DNA of 60,858 nucleotides, taken from the IMG/VR virus record IMGVR_UViG_3300021963_000139, positions 1 through 60,858 of that record; one strand, 5' to 3'. The notes under the pieces were generated by a model. It worked only from the letters and a program-made list of their open reading frames with translations. It was not told the origin of the DNA and made no database searches. Positions 19,138 to 27,582 of this stretch are shown in pieces (position 1 is the first letter of the stretch; every line of letters starts with the position of its first letter). Position numbers and translations under genes: made by a program. This DNA is from a virus (Duplodnaviria; Caudoviricetes).

Positions 19138-20068
19138 AGCCGCCTCCAGATCCAATGAACTGTTGGCGAGGTACGAATCGTATAGCTGCCTTCTCTCTAT
19201 CTTCGCCAGCGGCTAAGTTGAATTGCTCTTCGTAGGCTTCTTTCAACATAGGAACTCGAGTCACAAGTTCCGGTACTTTCATGGCTATATAGTAAGCAAG
19301 ACCCGCCACAAGACACGGCAAGAAACGAAAGTTCATATCGGCTGTTTGAATACCTGAGCCTGCGTTCTGAACCCTTCTCATTCTCCAGTAGACGAATTGG
19401 TACGTCGTGCTGTTGTCTGGCGTAGGCCAGACTGTTATTGCGGGGAGGTTAGGGTTGTAGATCGTTGCGCCTGCTGTATGACTTACGGCTGTCGTCCCGT
19501 TTTGTCCGCGAACTACACCGCCAAGACTATTACCATCAAGCCATTGATAAAGAATATCTTCGCTATCAATCCTAATAAATCCCGCACTCGGAAGGCTAGC
19601 TGTCGAACTTAACGTGATTGTTGTTGTCGATGAATTAATCGTCGAAGACAACGTTGCATTAGCCGGTGATACTTGTCCAGATAAACGCTGAATCCAAACC
19701 TGTATAGGTCTGGCTTGCTGTAATTTGTTTGGAATGGTGGCGTAGGTTGAAACGCTAATACGCGTGATCGTAAGATCCGCTTGTGTCGATGAAACATTCT
19801 GTCCTGTACGTATGACATGCTCGAGCAGGTCAATTGTATCGATAGGTAGTGCATACGTATTAACGCCTGCTGTCAGGGTAATCGTCCCCTGATCAATGGT
19901 CCACATGTTAATGCCGCGGTTTTGCCACTCGATAGTCATCAGGTTCATAGACCTTCTAGCCGTGCGAAGGTCATAACCAGTCCGCATCTCGCGGCCAGCC
20001 CTCTCCCACGCTTCTTCAGCGATCTCTGTGAACTCTGGTGAAAAATCTGTTGAACCGCTAGTTGGCAT
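19130..20068 (-). CDS. Head-tail connector/tail tubular protein with an inserted beta domain
   Basis: EEAWERAG..YDLRTARRS.N..EWQNRGIN.W and RFLPCLVAGLAYY motifs. Confidence 0.6.
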   Translation of the reverse strand: MPTSGSTDFSPEFTEIAEEAWERAGREMRTGYDLRTARRSMNLMTIEWQNRGINMWTIDQGTITLTAGVNTYALPIDTIDLLEHVIRTGQNVSSTQADLTITRISVSTYATIPNKLQQARPIQVWIQRLSGQVSPANATLSSTINSSTTTITLSSTASLPSAGFIRIDSEDILYQWLDGNSLGGVVRGQNGTTAVSHTAGATIYNPNLPAITVWPTPDNSTTYQFVYWRMRRVQNAGSGIQTADMNFRFLPCLVAGLAYYIAMKVPELVTRVPMLKEAYEEQFNLAAGEDREKAAIRFVPRQQFIGSGGGYG

Positions 20069-20198
20069 GTTTTGCTTCCAGTTCCCTTAAATCCATGGCT
20101 ACATCTGCTACACCGTGCCAATCTTCAAGAGCAATCATTACTTGCAAATACTCTTTTAAAACTTCTTTTTGTATTTGCCAGTCACTATAGTCCTTCAT
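20058..20198 (-). CDS. Small protein (46 aa); not in the ORF track
   Basis: MKDYSDWQIQKEVLKEYLQVMIALEDWHGVADVAMDLRELEAKHAN; ATGA overlap with the upstream gene. Confidence 0.7.
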   Translation of the reverse strand: MKDYSDWQIQKEVLKEYLQVMIALEDWHGVADVAMDLRELEAKHAN

Positions 20199-20440
20199 CT
20201 AAATCTCGCAGTCTTAGCGGCAATTTTTGCCGGTTGTTTGACAAACTGTTTTCCTGCGCGTTTGCCAGCGCGTTTTGCTCTTGATGTCGCAGCGTATTCT
20301 GAAGGTGTAAGAGCATTAATTGCCGCCGATGGGAGATACCGCTCGCCAGTTGCTTTTGAACCCTGTGTGCTAGGTTTGCCACTTTTAGTCCTCCACTTCT
20401 GGTCAGTCCAATCTTTCAGGCTTTTTTGCGGTGCTTTCAC
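20195..20440 (-). CDS. Small basic conserved phage protein
   Basis: QKSLKDWT.QKWRTKSGK..TGERYLP motif. Confidence 0.75.
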   Translation of the reverse strand: MKAPQKSLKDWTDQKWRTKSGKPSTQGSKATGERYLPSAAINALTPSEYAATSRAKRAGKRAGKQFVKQPAKIAAKTARFR

Positions 20441-20694
20441 TTCATCTTCTTCAACGTCTGCGCCAACCTTGCCCGTTGACCCATCTTACCGGGAGCCTTT
20501 GCTGCTTTGGTTAACTTACCAGCGGGAATCTTTTCACCAGCTTTTACGCCAAGCGATTTACGTAAAGCCCCTGGTTTTTTGACTGCCTCTTGGATCCATT
20601 TACCACCTTTGAACCCTTCTACCCCTCGACCTTTGAGAACGTCCGCTCGAGTAACTTTGCCGTCGTCGTTCAGGTCGGGAAACGATTTAGTCAC
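20437..20694 (-). CDS. Small basic protein with an EF-hand-like motif
   Basis: PDLNDDGKVTRADVL and KKPGALRKSLG; likely GTG start at 20694. Confidence 0.7.
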   Translation of the reverse strand: MTKSFPDLNDDGKVTRADVLKGRGVEGFKGGKWIQEAVKKPGALRKSLGVKAGEKIPAGKLTKAAKAPGKMGQRARLAQTLKKMK

Positions 20695-20971
20695 GATAAC
20701 CTCCACCTTTTTGCTTGTACTTCATGGCAAGCATTTGTGCTTTACGAGCTGACCATTGCCCTGGTGAACCACCTTTACCACCAGCTTTGATCTGATTGAA
20801 TAAAGACTTACGCATTCCCGGCTTAGTGTAATTGCCTGCTTCATTGACCCGAGACTCGCCGCCTTCAGCAAAAGCCATAAAGTCTGTATCGTCTCGACGC
20901 TTTTTACGCCGAGCCGTAGGCATCTTTGAAGGCATGATTGCCCCCATGCCCCTTGAAGACATCATTAGCAC
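20687..20971 (-). CDS. Small basic conserved phage protein
   Basis: NYTKPGMRK..GQWSARKAQ..YK..GGGY motif. Confidence 0.75.
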   Translation of the reverse strand: MLMMSSRGMGAIMPSKMPTARRKKRRDDTDFMAFAEGGESRVNEAGNYTKPGMRKSLFNQIKAGGKGGSPGQWSARKAQMLAMKYKQKGGGYRD

Positions 20972-21360
20972 TTACCGCCGTAGTTCATTTTCTTGACCTT
21001 GCCGCCAGCTTTCATGCCGGTAGAACCCTTCATGGTTACTTCCATGCCACGGGTCTTGCCTTTCTTGGCAATGCCATCAGCAGTTTTGTGACCAGCAGCC
21101 AATCCGCCAGAAGCATAAGCTTTGCCCCCACGGTTCATGGCTTTCATCTCGGCTTCTTCGTGTTTGATCATGGACTTAGGCGCGCCTTTCGCTTTCATGA
21201 AGCCCACCTCTTTTTTCATCATTGCTTTGGATTCTTTCATTTGATCACCTTTGGTAAATTCTTTACCTACTGATTGGGGGACGCCTACCTTCTTTGCAAA
21301 CTTAGGGTTATGCGCGACTGCTTGCATGAACCTTTCTTGTTTGTCAGAAACAGTTGGCAT
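20965..21360 (-). CDS. Small basic protein with repeated xxxGG motifs
   Basis: Likely start MPTVSDKQ at 21360; contains MNRGG, YASGG, MKAGG and MNYGG. Confidence 0.7.
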   Translation of the reverse strand: MPTVSDKQERFMQAVAHNPKFAKKVGVPQSVGKEFTKGDQMKESKAMMKKEVGFMKAKGAPKSMIKHEEAEMKAMNRGGKAYASGGLAAGHKTADGIAKKGKTRGMEVTMKGSTGMKAGGKVKKMNYGGKC

Positions 21361-21581
21361 TACATCTTTACCATCGTTCCGCGGGTGCGTCCTTTTTTGA
21401 CGCATCCATCGGCGGCTTTGACATAACCACCATTCTTGGCAGTCATGATTTCCATACCGTACTCTTCTACCTCAGCCTTCTTCATCGGCTCTTTCTTGGG
21501 CTTAGGCTTTGGAGCAAGCTTTTTGTCGTATTTCGACGAACCCATGTCTGGTGGGCTGGGGATGTTATTGATCACTGCCAT
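21360..21581 (-). CDS. Small basic protein
   Basis: ADGCVKKGRTRG C-terminal motif. Confidence 0.7.
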   Translation of the reverse strand: MAVINNIPSPPDMGSSKYDKKLAPKPKPKKEPMKKAEVEEYGMEIMTAKNGGYVKAADGCVKKGRTRGTMVKM

Positions 21582-21583
21582 GA

Positions 21584-21832
21584 TTATCCTTTCTTTGCGA
21601 GGGCATCAATTTTTGCTTCAAGCCTTTCAAAGCCTGAGTCAAATCGTTCCATAATTTTTTCAAGATCCGCACGAACTTCTGCACGAGTAATGTGGTCACG
21701 AGCGATTTCCTCCCTCGTTCTATTTAGCAAGATCTGAATCCGCTGTTGCTCGTCATGCGAGGTCTTCAGCATAAACATCACCAGTCCCACTAAGATTGAA
21801 GTGATTAGATTCCAAATCAGCATCGGGTCCAT
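21584..21832 (-). CDS. Small membrane-anchored coiled-coil protein
   Basis: N-terminal hydrophobic helix and ILLNRTREEIA motif. Confidence 0.65.
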   Translation of the reverse strand: MDPMLIWNLITSILVGLVMFMLKTSHDEQQRIQILLNRTREEIARDHITRAEVRADLEKIMERFDSGFERLEAKIDALAKKG

Positions 21833-22093
21833 TTAACACTTCCACGCTTTTAACGACAAAGCTTTACGCGTTGGCCGTCCCTTTTCATCTTTCATTGGCC
21901 CTGGCATTCCACTCATCCTTGCACAAAACGACTTGCGTCGATTGGCATCTTTCTCGGTTTTTGGATTTGGGGCGGGAGGTTTTAACCCAGGCTTTCCAGG
22001 ATTAGCAGCGTTATAAGAAGCCCTTCCCTTGGCATTCAAACCACCTTTAGGATTCTTACCTTCTTTCCTTTGCCAAGCCGGTGTCTTAGCCAT
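21833..22093 (-). CDS. Small basic conserved phage protein
   Basis: AWQRKEGKNPKGGLN..RRKSFCARM..WKC motif. Confidence 0.75.
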   Translation of the reverse strand: MAKTPAWQRKEGKNPKGGLNAKGRASYNAANPGKPGLKPPAPNPKTEKDANRRKSFCARMSGMPGPMKDEKGRPTRKALSLKAWKC

Positions 22094-22095
22094 GA

Positions 22096-22677
22096 CTAGC
22101 CGCAAATTAAAGTAACTGCTGTTACGTTGGTCGGCGTTACGGTCGCAAAATCATCATTGCTATAAGCCGTCCTAATTCCTTCTGCCGCCATGTAAAGGCT
22201 ATTTACTTGGGTCGCAGAAGCAGGCGTATCAATCTCAAGAAGAATCTGAGAGTCACTGTTGCGAGTAACGATAACCGTTCCGGCGGATCCCCCGGCAAGA
22301 TAGTACAAACCTTTGATCCTTGTGGCCGGTAATGCTAACGCGCCGCCATATCCTACGGTTATAGCACCTGTCGTTCCTGCGCTAACGGAAATAGACGTTA
22401 TTTGCGAGAAGTAATTTGTACTATAGACCGTCGTGGCGTTTGGCCCCGTCACGGTTTCTGTCACGCTTGCGCCAGCCACCGTTTTGCCAACAATAGTAAA
22501 CGTTACGCCTGACTCATCAGAAACGCCGGTAATAGATACTTTATATCCATAACCGTTTATTCCTGGCTGAGTCTTAAGGAGCGTTAATGCCCCTGCGCCG
22601 GAAGGAGTGACCGAGGCTACATAAAACGCAGCACTTGATCTAATCTTTACCGACCATACATCATATTGCATCCCCAT
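22096..22677 (-). CDS. Putative virion protein
   Basis: Beta-rich, good RBS, located downstream of the capsid gene. Confidence 0.6.
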   Translation of the reverse strand: MGMQYDVWSVKIRSSAAFYVASVTPSGAGALTLLKTQPGINGYGYKVSITGVSDESGVTFTIVGKTVAGASVTETVTGPNATTVYSTNYFSQITSISVSAGTTGAITVGYGGALALPATRIKGLYYLAGGSAGTVIVTRNSDSQILLEIDTPASATQVNSLYMAAEGIRTAYSNDDFATVTPTNVTAVTLICG

Positions 22678-22689
22678 GATGCACTCCTA

Positions 22690-23040
22690 TTAGGACGCGG
22701 TCGTTATCGAAACCCAAGTCGTTCCGCCATCCGAATTAACATAAGCGCGGGTACTGGTCGAAGACCCATCAGTACGGAGATATAACGAACCCTGGGCAGC
22801 CGATACAGTAGGCGCGCCTGATCCGAAATAAACACCAAGGCCAGCAGTGGTGGTAGCTACAAATGCAGCAGCGCCGCCAGCTGTTACAGCGCTAGCGTTT
22901 AGTGCTGTTACTGAACCAGGAGTACTAGCAGTAGACCCAAACGTAGCGGTGGTAGAAACAGCGCCGGTCGTTGAGTTAACCGAGATGGTTTGGAAACCGT
23001 TTTGCGACCTTACTGGGCCAGAGAATGTCGTGTTAGACAT
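22690..23040 (-). CDS. Putative head fibre/decoration protein
   Basis: MSNTTFSGPVRSQNGF N-terminus and GSGAP..AAQGSLYLRTDG motif. Confidence 0.6.
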   Translation of the reverse strand: MSNTTFSGPVRSQNGFQTISVNSTTGAVSTTATFGSTASTPGSVTALNASAVTAGGAAAFVATTTAGLGVYFGSGAPTVSAAQGSLYLRTDGSSTSTRAYVNSDGGTTWVSITTAS

Positions 23041-23044
23041 TTGA

Positions 23045-23120
23045 TCCTCACATGCGATACGGTGTATTAGTCTGCATGTCGTCAGCCGGGACTGTCTAAT
23101 ACACCGGATAACCCCGGAAT
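23045..23120 (-). ncRNA. Candidate structured cis-regulatory RNA leader with two pseudoknots
   Basis: 11-bp stem 23060-70/23096-106; loop segments pair with 23050-55 and 23113-17. Confidence 0.5.
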
Positions 23121-23132
23121 ATATGTGTTTTA

Positions 23133-23735
23133 TCAGTTTGTTGGGGTGGTGTCAACAAGCTTATTGGACTTTAAAAGGTTCTCCTCTTGGGTGACTACAC
23201 GCAAATTCCAAGGAACATGTAAGCCACATACAGCCTCAGAACGCAAAGGCACAATATGATCAACGACATATTGTTCTCCTGTGGTTTTAGTCATCGTAAT
23301 TGCAATTTGATAAATCTGGCGAATCTCCGACTTTTGTTTTCGACTAAGCCATTTAGGCGTTGCTTCTCTGTGCTTACGTCGCCTTGCCTTGGTGTCAGCT
23401 CTTACTTGGGTTTTATTTTTTTCTTTCCAAGCATTTCTATACTGACGCAAAACATCTGCTGACCTCGTAGCAGCCGCTTGAATAACCTGTTCTTTATGAG
23501 ACAAGTACCAATCATTCTTTCGTTCCTTAACTTCTTCTTTCTTGTTGTACTCGCGGAAATATTCCGTCCGCTTTTCAGCCGCTTGTTGCCACTCTACCTT
23601 AAGACAGTCCACACATGAACCTTTCGTTTTGCGTGGTGCTATGTGTCCATGCTTGCAGGGTTCGCCTGTGAAGTAATACTTAGCACCTTTGTCTTGGGCT
23701 TCTTTGCGGGTTTTGGGTAGGTTTGCGGTATCCAT
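23133..23735 (-). CDS. Free-standing HNH endonuclease
   Basis: YFTGEPCKHGH..CVDC N-terminus and VDHIVPLR...VCGLHVPWNL..EN..KSN. Confidence 0.85.
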   Translation of the reverse strand: MDTANLPKTRKEAQDKGAKYYFTGEPCKHGHIAPRKTKGSCVDCLKVEWQQAAEKRTEYFREYNKKEEVKERKNDWYLSHKEQVIQAAATRSADVLRQYRNAWKEKNKTQVRADTKARRRKHREATPKWLSRKQKSEIRQIYQIAITMTKTTGEQYVVDHIVPLRSEAVCGLHVPWNLRVVTQEENLLKSNKLVDTTPTN

Positions 23736-23737
23736 TT

Positions 23738-23775
23738 CATCTCCTGTGACTTAGTAACAGGAAATGTACCATAAA
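23738..23775 (-). promoter_or_regulatory. RBS-sequestering hairpin plus extended -10 promoter upstream of the HNH gene
   Basis: Stem CATTTCCTGT/ACAGGAGATG covers AGGAG; TGgTACATT overlaps the 5' arm. Confidence 0.6.
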
Positions 23776-23783
23776 AGTTTTAG

Positions 23784-23812
23784 AAAACAAAAAACCCCGC
23801 CGAAGCGGGGTT
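23784..23812 (-). terminator. Rho-independent terminator after the major capsid gene
   Basis: AACCCCGC-TTCG-GCGGGGTT followed by a T-run on the minus strand. Confidence 0.85.
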
Positions 23813-23837
23813 CTCTGCGCTAAGTGCTTGATTTACA

Positions 23838-24746
23838 TCAAGCTCCTGGCGAACCGAAGATACCTAGCGGATCGCTCACTCCGAATGAGTATCGCTCTCT
23901 ACTTTTATATCTTACATTCCCAGTATCGAAATCACCATCCATTGACGTACTCAACGGTGTCCTTACGAAGTGCTTAAGGCCGTTAGGAACGTCGGTGGTG
24001 AGGAACCATGCGTTGGTGTCAGTCAAGAAGTGATTAACGGTGAAGCCTTCAGGTATTGAACCCATCATCTTCAGTGCGTTCACATCGTTGTCTGCTGTTG
24101 CAACGCGAAGCTCGGTTTGCAGCAAACGAGTTGCCGTAAACATGAGATTCGGAGGAACAACCAACTTGCGGGGTTTGGCCGCGATCAACAGACCACGTTC
24201 ATCCGTCCAGCCTGCGATCTGAATGACAGCATTCTCAAGAGAAGTCTCATTCAAGTCAGCAGCGGTCGAAGGCGTGTTACTGTTAGTTCCACCAGAGATT
24301 AACGGATGAGCGGTAGAAAACAAAGGCTGTCCGTCACCATAAGTGACTACGGAATTAAAGCCGTTGTTAAGCACCGACGCCGCTTTAACCTGCTTGGTAT
24401 ATGCCATCGCACGAGCCAGTGCTTTGGTGTAACGAGACGACAAGCTGTCGTACAAGTTATCTTCCACAGCCTCTTCGGTAATCGAAAAGCCCATAGCAAT
24501 GGTTTCGTGGTTGTACCGAGCGGTCCACGCTTCTTGTGCGTTGTCATACGCAATCGCACTACCTTCCGGTTTTACCGGAGCGGCACTAAAGCCAGACAGC
24601 TTGGTTTCTTCTTCAAACGAACGCTCGGAGGTCTCGGTTTCGTAGATCTCTTTGTGTTCTTCGCCATAACGAGCATACTCAAGGCCGAACAGTGCGTTCA
24701 GGCCAGGAAGCAGCTCTTTCAACAGTTGTGCGCGTGAAATAGCCAT
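23838..24746 (-). CDS. Major capsid protein
   Basis: MAISRAQLLKELLPGLNALFGLEY, DFDTGNVRYK.RERYSFG, followed by a terminator. Confidence 0.85.
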   Translation of the reverse strand: MAISRAQLLKELLPGLNALFGLEYARYGEEHKEIYETETSERSFEEETKLSGFSAAPVKPEGSAIAYDNAQEAWTARYNHETIAMGFSITEEAVEDNLYDSLSSRYTKALARAMAYTKQVKAASVLNNGFNSVVTYGDGQPLFSTAHPLISGGTNSNTPSTAADLNETSLENAVIQIAGWTDERGLLIAAKPRKLVVPPNLMFTATRLLQTELRVATADNDVNALKMMGSIPEGFTVNHFLTDTNAWFLTTDVPNGLKHFVRTPLSTSMDGDFDTGNVRYKSRERYSFGVSDPLGIFGSPGA

Positions 24747-24756
24747 TTCTTACTCC

Positions 24757-25626
24757 TTAAACGCCAGTTGCGAACTGGTAGCTGTGGTAACCCTGGTTCC
24801 ATTTGACAAGAACTTCTGGGAAACCAACAAAGGTTACCGTCGATCCAGATGCCAAAGTGATAGCCGAGGCCAAGGTAACAGTCGTAGTGTTAACGTTCGT
24901 CACATAGTTGTATGCACCACTGCGAAACGAACCTGCGGTTGCTGCCGGCGCAATAACTTGCATTCCTGCTTGCAAACCCGTAACTGCTGCGGCCAACGTA
25001 AGAGTCGTTGAAGAACCAGACGTTCCACCTGTACCTGTAAGGGTATAAGCGGTTTCCGGAACAACAGCAACAATACGGAAAGGAAGCGCAGTCGTGACAC
25101 GCTTGTTACCCGTTCCATTGGTTGGGTTGTCTGCCGACACAGCCATTGCAGAATTCCCCGTAATCGTGCTACCAGCCGTGCCAGTAACAGCATAAACGTT
25201 TGTTCCAACAAGCCCGGTCGAAGCGTAACCAATCGTGGTAGCTGTGTTAGACACAGAACCAGATTGACCCACCATCGCTACTTTAAAAACTGCCGAAGGA
25301 TCATCCACGACATAAGCAACTGCATCGTTGGCTGCGGTTGAAGCAGGCCAATATTGTGCAAATAACTTTTGTCCTGTGGACGGGTTGGTGTATGAACATC
25401 CAACAAACACCCCAATCTGACCGGCGCGAGCCGTCGAAGTGGTGGAAGTTGTCATGCCCGTAATATTGATTGCACCACCCGCTAGCTCGACTAAGTCACC
25501 ATTGAAGATGCTTGTGCCATAAGCATAAGGGATGGGAATCTGTCGAGTAGCGCCGGCATAAGGAAGGCCATTAAGTTCATTAATTGGCACAAAACCAAAT
25601 GCGGAGCTGACAGTAGGATAAGCCAT
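24757..25626 (-). CDS. Capsid-associated (decoration/minor) protein
   Basis: Immediately upstream of the capsid gene; FGFVP, IFNGDLV and GVFVGCSYT motifs. Confidence 0.6.
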   Translation of the reverse strand: MAYPTVSSAFGFVPINELNGLPYAGATRQIPIPYAYGTSIFNGDLVELAGGAINITGMTTSTTSTARAGQIGVFVGCSYTNPSTGQKLFAQYWPASTAANDAVAYVVDDPSAVFKVAMVGQSGSVSNTATTIGYASTGLVGTNVYAVTGTAGSTITGNSAMAVSADNPTNGTGNKRVTTALPFRIVAVVPETAYTLTGTGGTSGSSTTLTLAAAVTGLQAGMQVIAPAATAGSFRSGAYNYVTNVNTTTVTLASAITLASGSTVTFVGFPEVLVKWNQGYHSYQFATGV

Positions 25627-25640
25627 CTCTAACTCCTAGA

Positions 25641-26090
25641 TTAAGAAGATCCACGCCCAAACGTTACCTTACTCTGCCGGTCATGAAATAACGGCATACG
25701 AACATCGTTCTGGCGCATAAAGTTATTGTCTACAGACTGCATTTGAGCATCCGTTTGTTTTTGGAAAAACTCATTGCGCTGTTCGACCATTTCAACAGGT
25801 GTTTTGCAAAGCAACAGACCACCGATCTCAATGCTGTCCGGGAACCTTGCGGGTGAGCCGGCCATCATATGAACTTCAGGATGCATCGAAGCTTTTACAG
25901 GCTCCCAGCCTTCTCGTAACTTTGAAGAAATATGACGCGGATCAGCTTCGCCCAATGTACTAATACGAATCCATCGAAACTTATATCCTGGCTCCGGCGT
26001 TGGATCAGGCAATAATTGCGGCGGCACCCATTTTTTTGGGCGTTCCGCTGTTTCTCTTGATTCGCGTTGACTTCGTTCTTGCTTTTCCAT
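25641..26090 (-). CDS. Conserved head-module protein
   Basis: WVPP.LLP.P, RWIR, KLREGWEPV and IGGLLLCK; likely start MEKQERS. Confidence 0.65.
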   Translation of the reverse strand: MEKQERSQRESRETAERPKKWVPPQLLPDPTPEPGYKFRWIRISTLGEADPRHISSKLREGWEPVKASMHPEVHMMAGSPARFPDSIEIGGLLLCKTPVEMVEQRNEFFQKQTDAQMQSVDNNFMRQNDVRMPLFHDRQSKVTFGRGSS

Positions 26091-26091
26091 A

Positions 26092-26988
26092 TCAATTCCT
26101 TTGCAATTTCGCGACCTCAAGGGCATACCGTTCTAACGGTATTTTGTACCTATTGGCGTAATCTACCTGCTTTTGCGTAAGCTTGACTTTTTTAGGGGTC
26201 ACGCTTCTTGTTGCAGGCGCCACATTTGACCTTACTGTACGCTGAGATTTCTCAGGTGGCTCCTCGGCGTCAAAGTACTCCGGGAACACTTGCCGCATAC
26301 GAGAATTTAATTTCTCGTAGTATTCGTCAGACGACGCATCTATTCCTTGTTTAATTAACTTGGAATGATAAGCCAGAGCAAACCCTGTCATTTCATCGTC
26401 CGCGCCAAACCATTCGTTAGTCTTTTTCCAAGCTTCGGCTTTTGGATCAACGCGTGGTGGACTAATATGTACTTCTTTTTCCGGCTCTTGTCTAGTGGGA
26501 CGAAAATTATTCACCCGTTCTAGTTTAATTTTTGCCGCTGTTAGTTCTTCATTTGCAACAACTAACCGATCTGAATCACCAGACTCATAAGCTTCTTTAT
26601 ATTTTCGTTTGGCAGCGTCCAACTCTTGAGCAACTGTTTTTTTTGCTTGTTCAAGTAACGCTAACTGCCCGTCTGATAGATGGCCTTTGAGTTTTTTATT
26701 CTCTTCGGCTACTGACTGTGCAATACGAAACGCTTCTTCTTTTGCACGTTCAGCCTCTTCGGCTCGACGTTTCTCAGTTTGATATCCCTTATATAAATGG
26801 TCGATCCGATTCTTTACTCGGTCGCTGTACTCTTTAAGTTCAGCGTCATCAAGCGGCTTAGGCTCTTCACGAAGTTTAGAGTGCTTTGGCTTTTCTTCGT
26901 TTACAACTTCAATTTCAACTTTGTCTTCGCCGCCAACTTCAATTTCAATTTGTTTCTTTTCATCTGGGAACTTAAACTCTTCGCTCAT
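26092..26988 (-). CDS. Putative scaffolding protein
   Basis: Charged coiled coil with DPKAEAW..NEWFG.D.EMT and VKLT..Q C-terminus; head-module position. Confidence 0.65.
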   Translation of the reverse strand: MSEEFKFPDEKKQIEIEVGGEDKVEIEVVNEEKPKHSKLREEPKPLDDAELKEYSDRVKNRIDHLYKGYQTEKRRAEEAERAKEEAFRIAQSVAEENKKLKGHLSDGQLALLEQAKKTVAQELDAAKRKYKEAYESGDSDRLVVANEELTAAKIKLERVNNFRPTRQEPEKEVHISPPRVDPKAEAWKKTNEWFGADDEMTGFALAYHSKLIKQGIDASSDEYYEKLNSRMRQVFPEYFDAEEPPEKSQRTVRSNVAPATRSVTPKKVKLTQKQVDYANRYKIPLERYALEVAKLQRN

Positions 26989-26996
26989 ATTGCCTC

Positions 26997-27398
26997 CTAT
27001 GCTCGAGAAATGCCGCGCGGATCTTGAACCACCGCCTCGACTGAATCATCGTTAATGATTCGAAACTCTTTGCCGTGGATTTTGATCCTTGTCCCCGTGT
27101 TTGGACGAACTAAAACAAAGTCTCCTACTTTGCATGACGGCCCCGACGGAAATCGCGTTTTATCTGCATAAGCATCAGGCCCAACTTTAACAACAAATAA
27201 CACGGGCGAAAGCACCTCTTCGTAGTAAACAGTAGACCCAGCCTTTACAAGGCCGCTGTCATATTCCTCATCCACTTCTGGAAGTACGCACAACAAATGA
27301 TAGGTAGAAGGATCAGGCAACTGCTTGGCCTTTTCCTCTGCCGACTCAGGCAACGTCGTTGCCGTTTCTCCGTCTTGGGAGATTAATAACTCATTCAT
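26997..27398 (-). CDS. groES: GroES-like co-chaperonin
   Basis: P..Y.LL, SGLV, VVKVGPDAY, CKVGDFV and FRIINDDSVEAVV match the Cpn10 pattern. Confidence 0.8.
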   Translation of the reverse strand: MNELLISQDGETATTLPESAEEKAKQLPDPSTYHLLCVLPEVDEEYDSGLVKAGSTVYYEEVLSPVLFVVKVGPDAYADKTRFPSGPSCKVGDFVLVRPNTGTRIKIHGKEFRIINDDSVEAVVQDPRGISRA

Positions 27399-27582
27399 CT
27401 TCTGTTTCCTTTAAACGACTCGCAAGGTCTTGTACTTCTACTTGTGCTGAACGCAGACCCCGAATAACGCCGCACAGCTCTCGATACTCGGCATAATCTT
27501 TTGCCGAGCCGTTGCTCACTGAATCTTTTAGATCCTCAATCCTGTTGTTTACTTTAGTCATTAACAACTCAAATACATCCAT
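27391..27582 (-). CDS. Small conserved coiled-coil protein
   Basis: G.AKDYAEYRELCGVIRGL motif, upstream of groES. Confidence 0.7.
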   Translation of the reverse strand: MDVFELLMTKVNNRIEDLKDSVSNGSAKDYAEYRELCGVIRGLRSAQVEVQDLASRLKETEDE

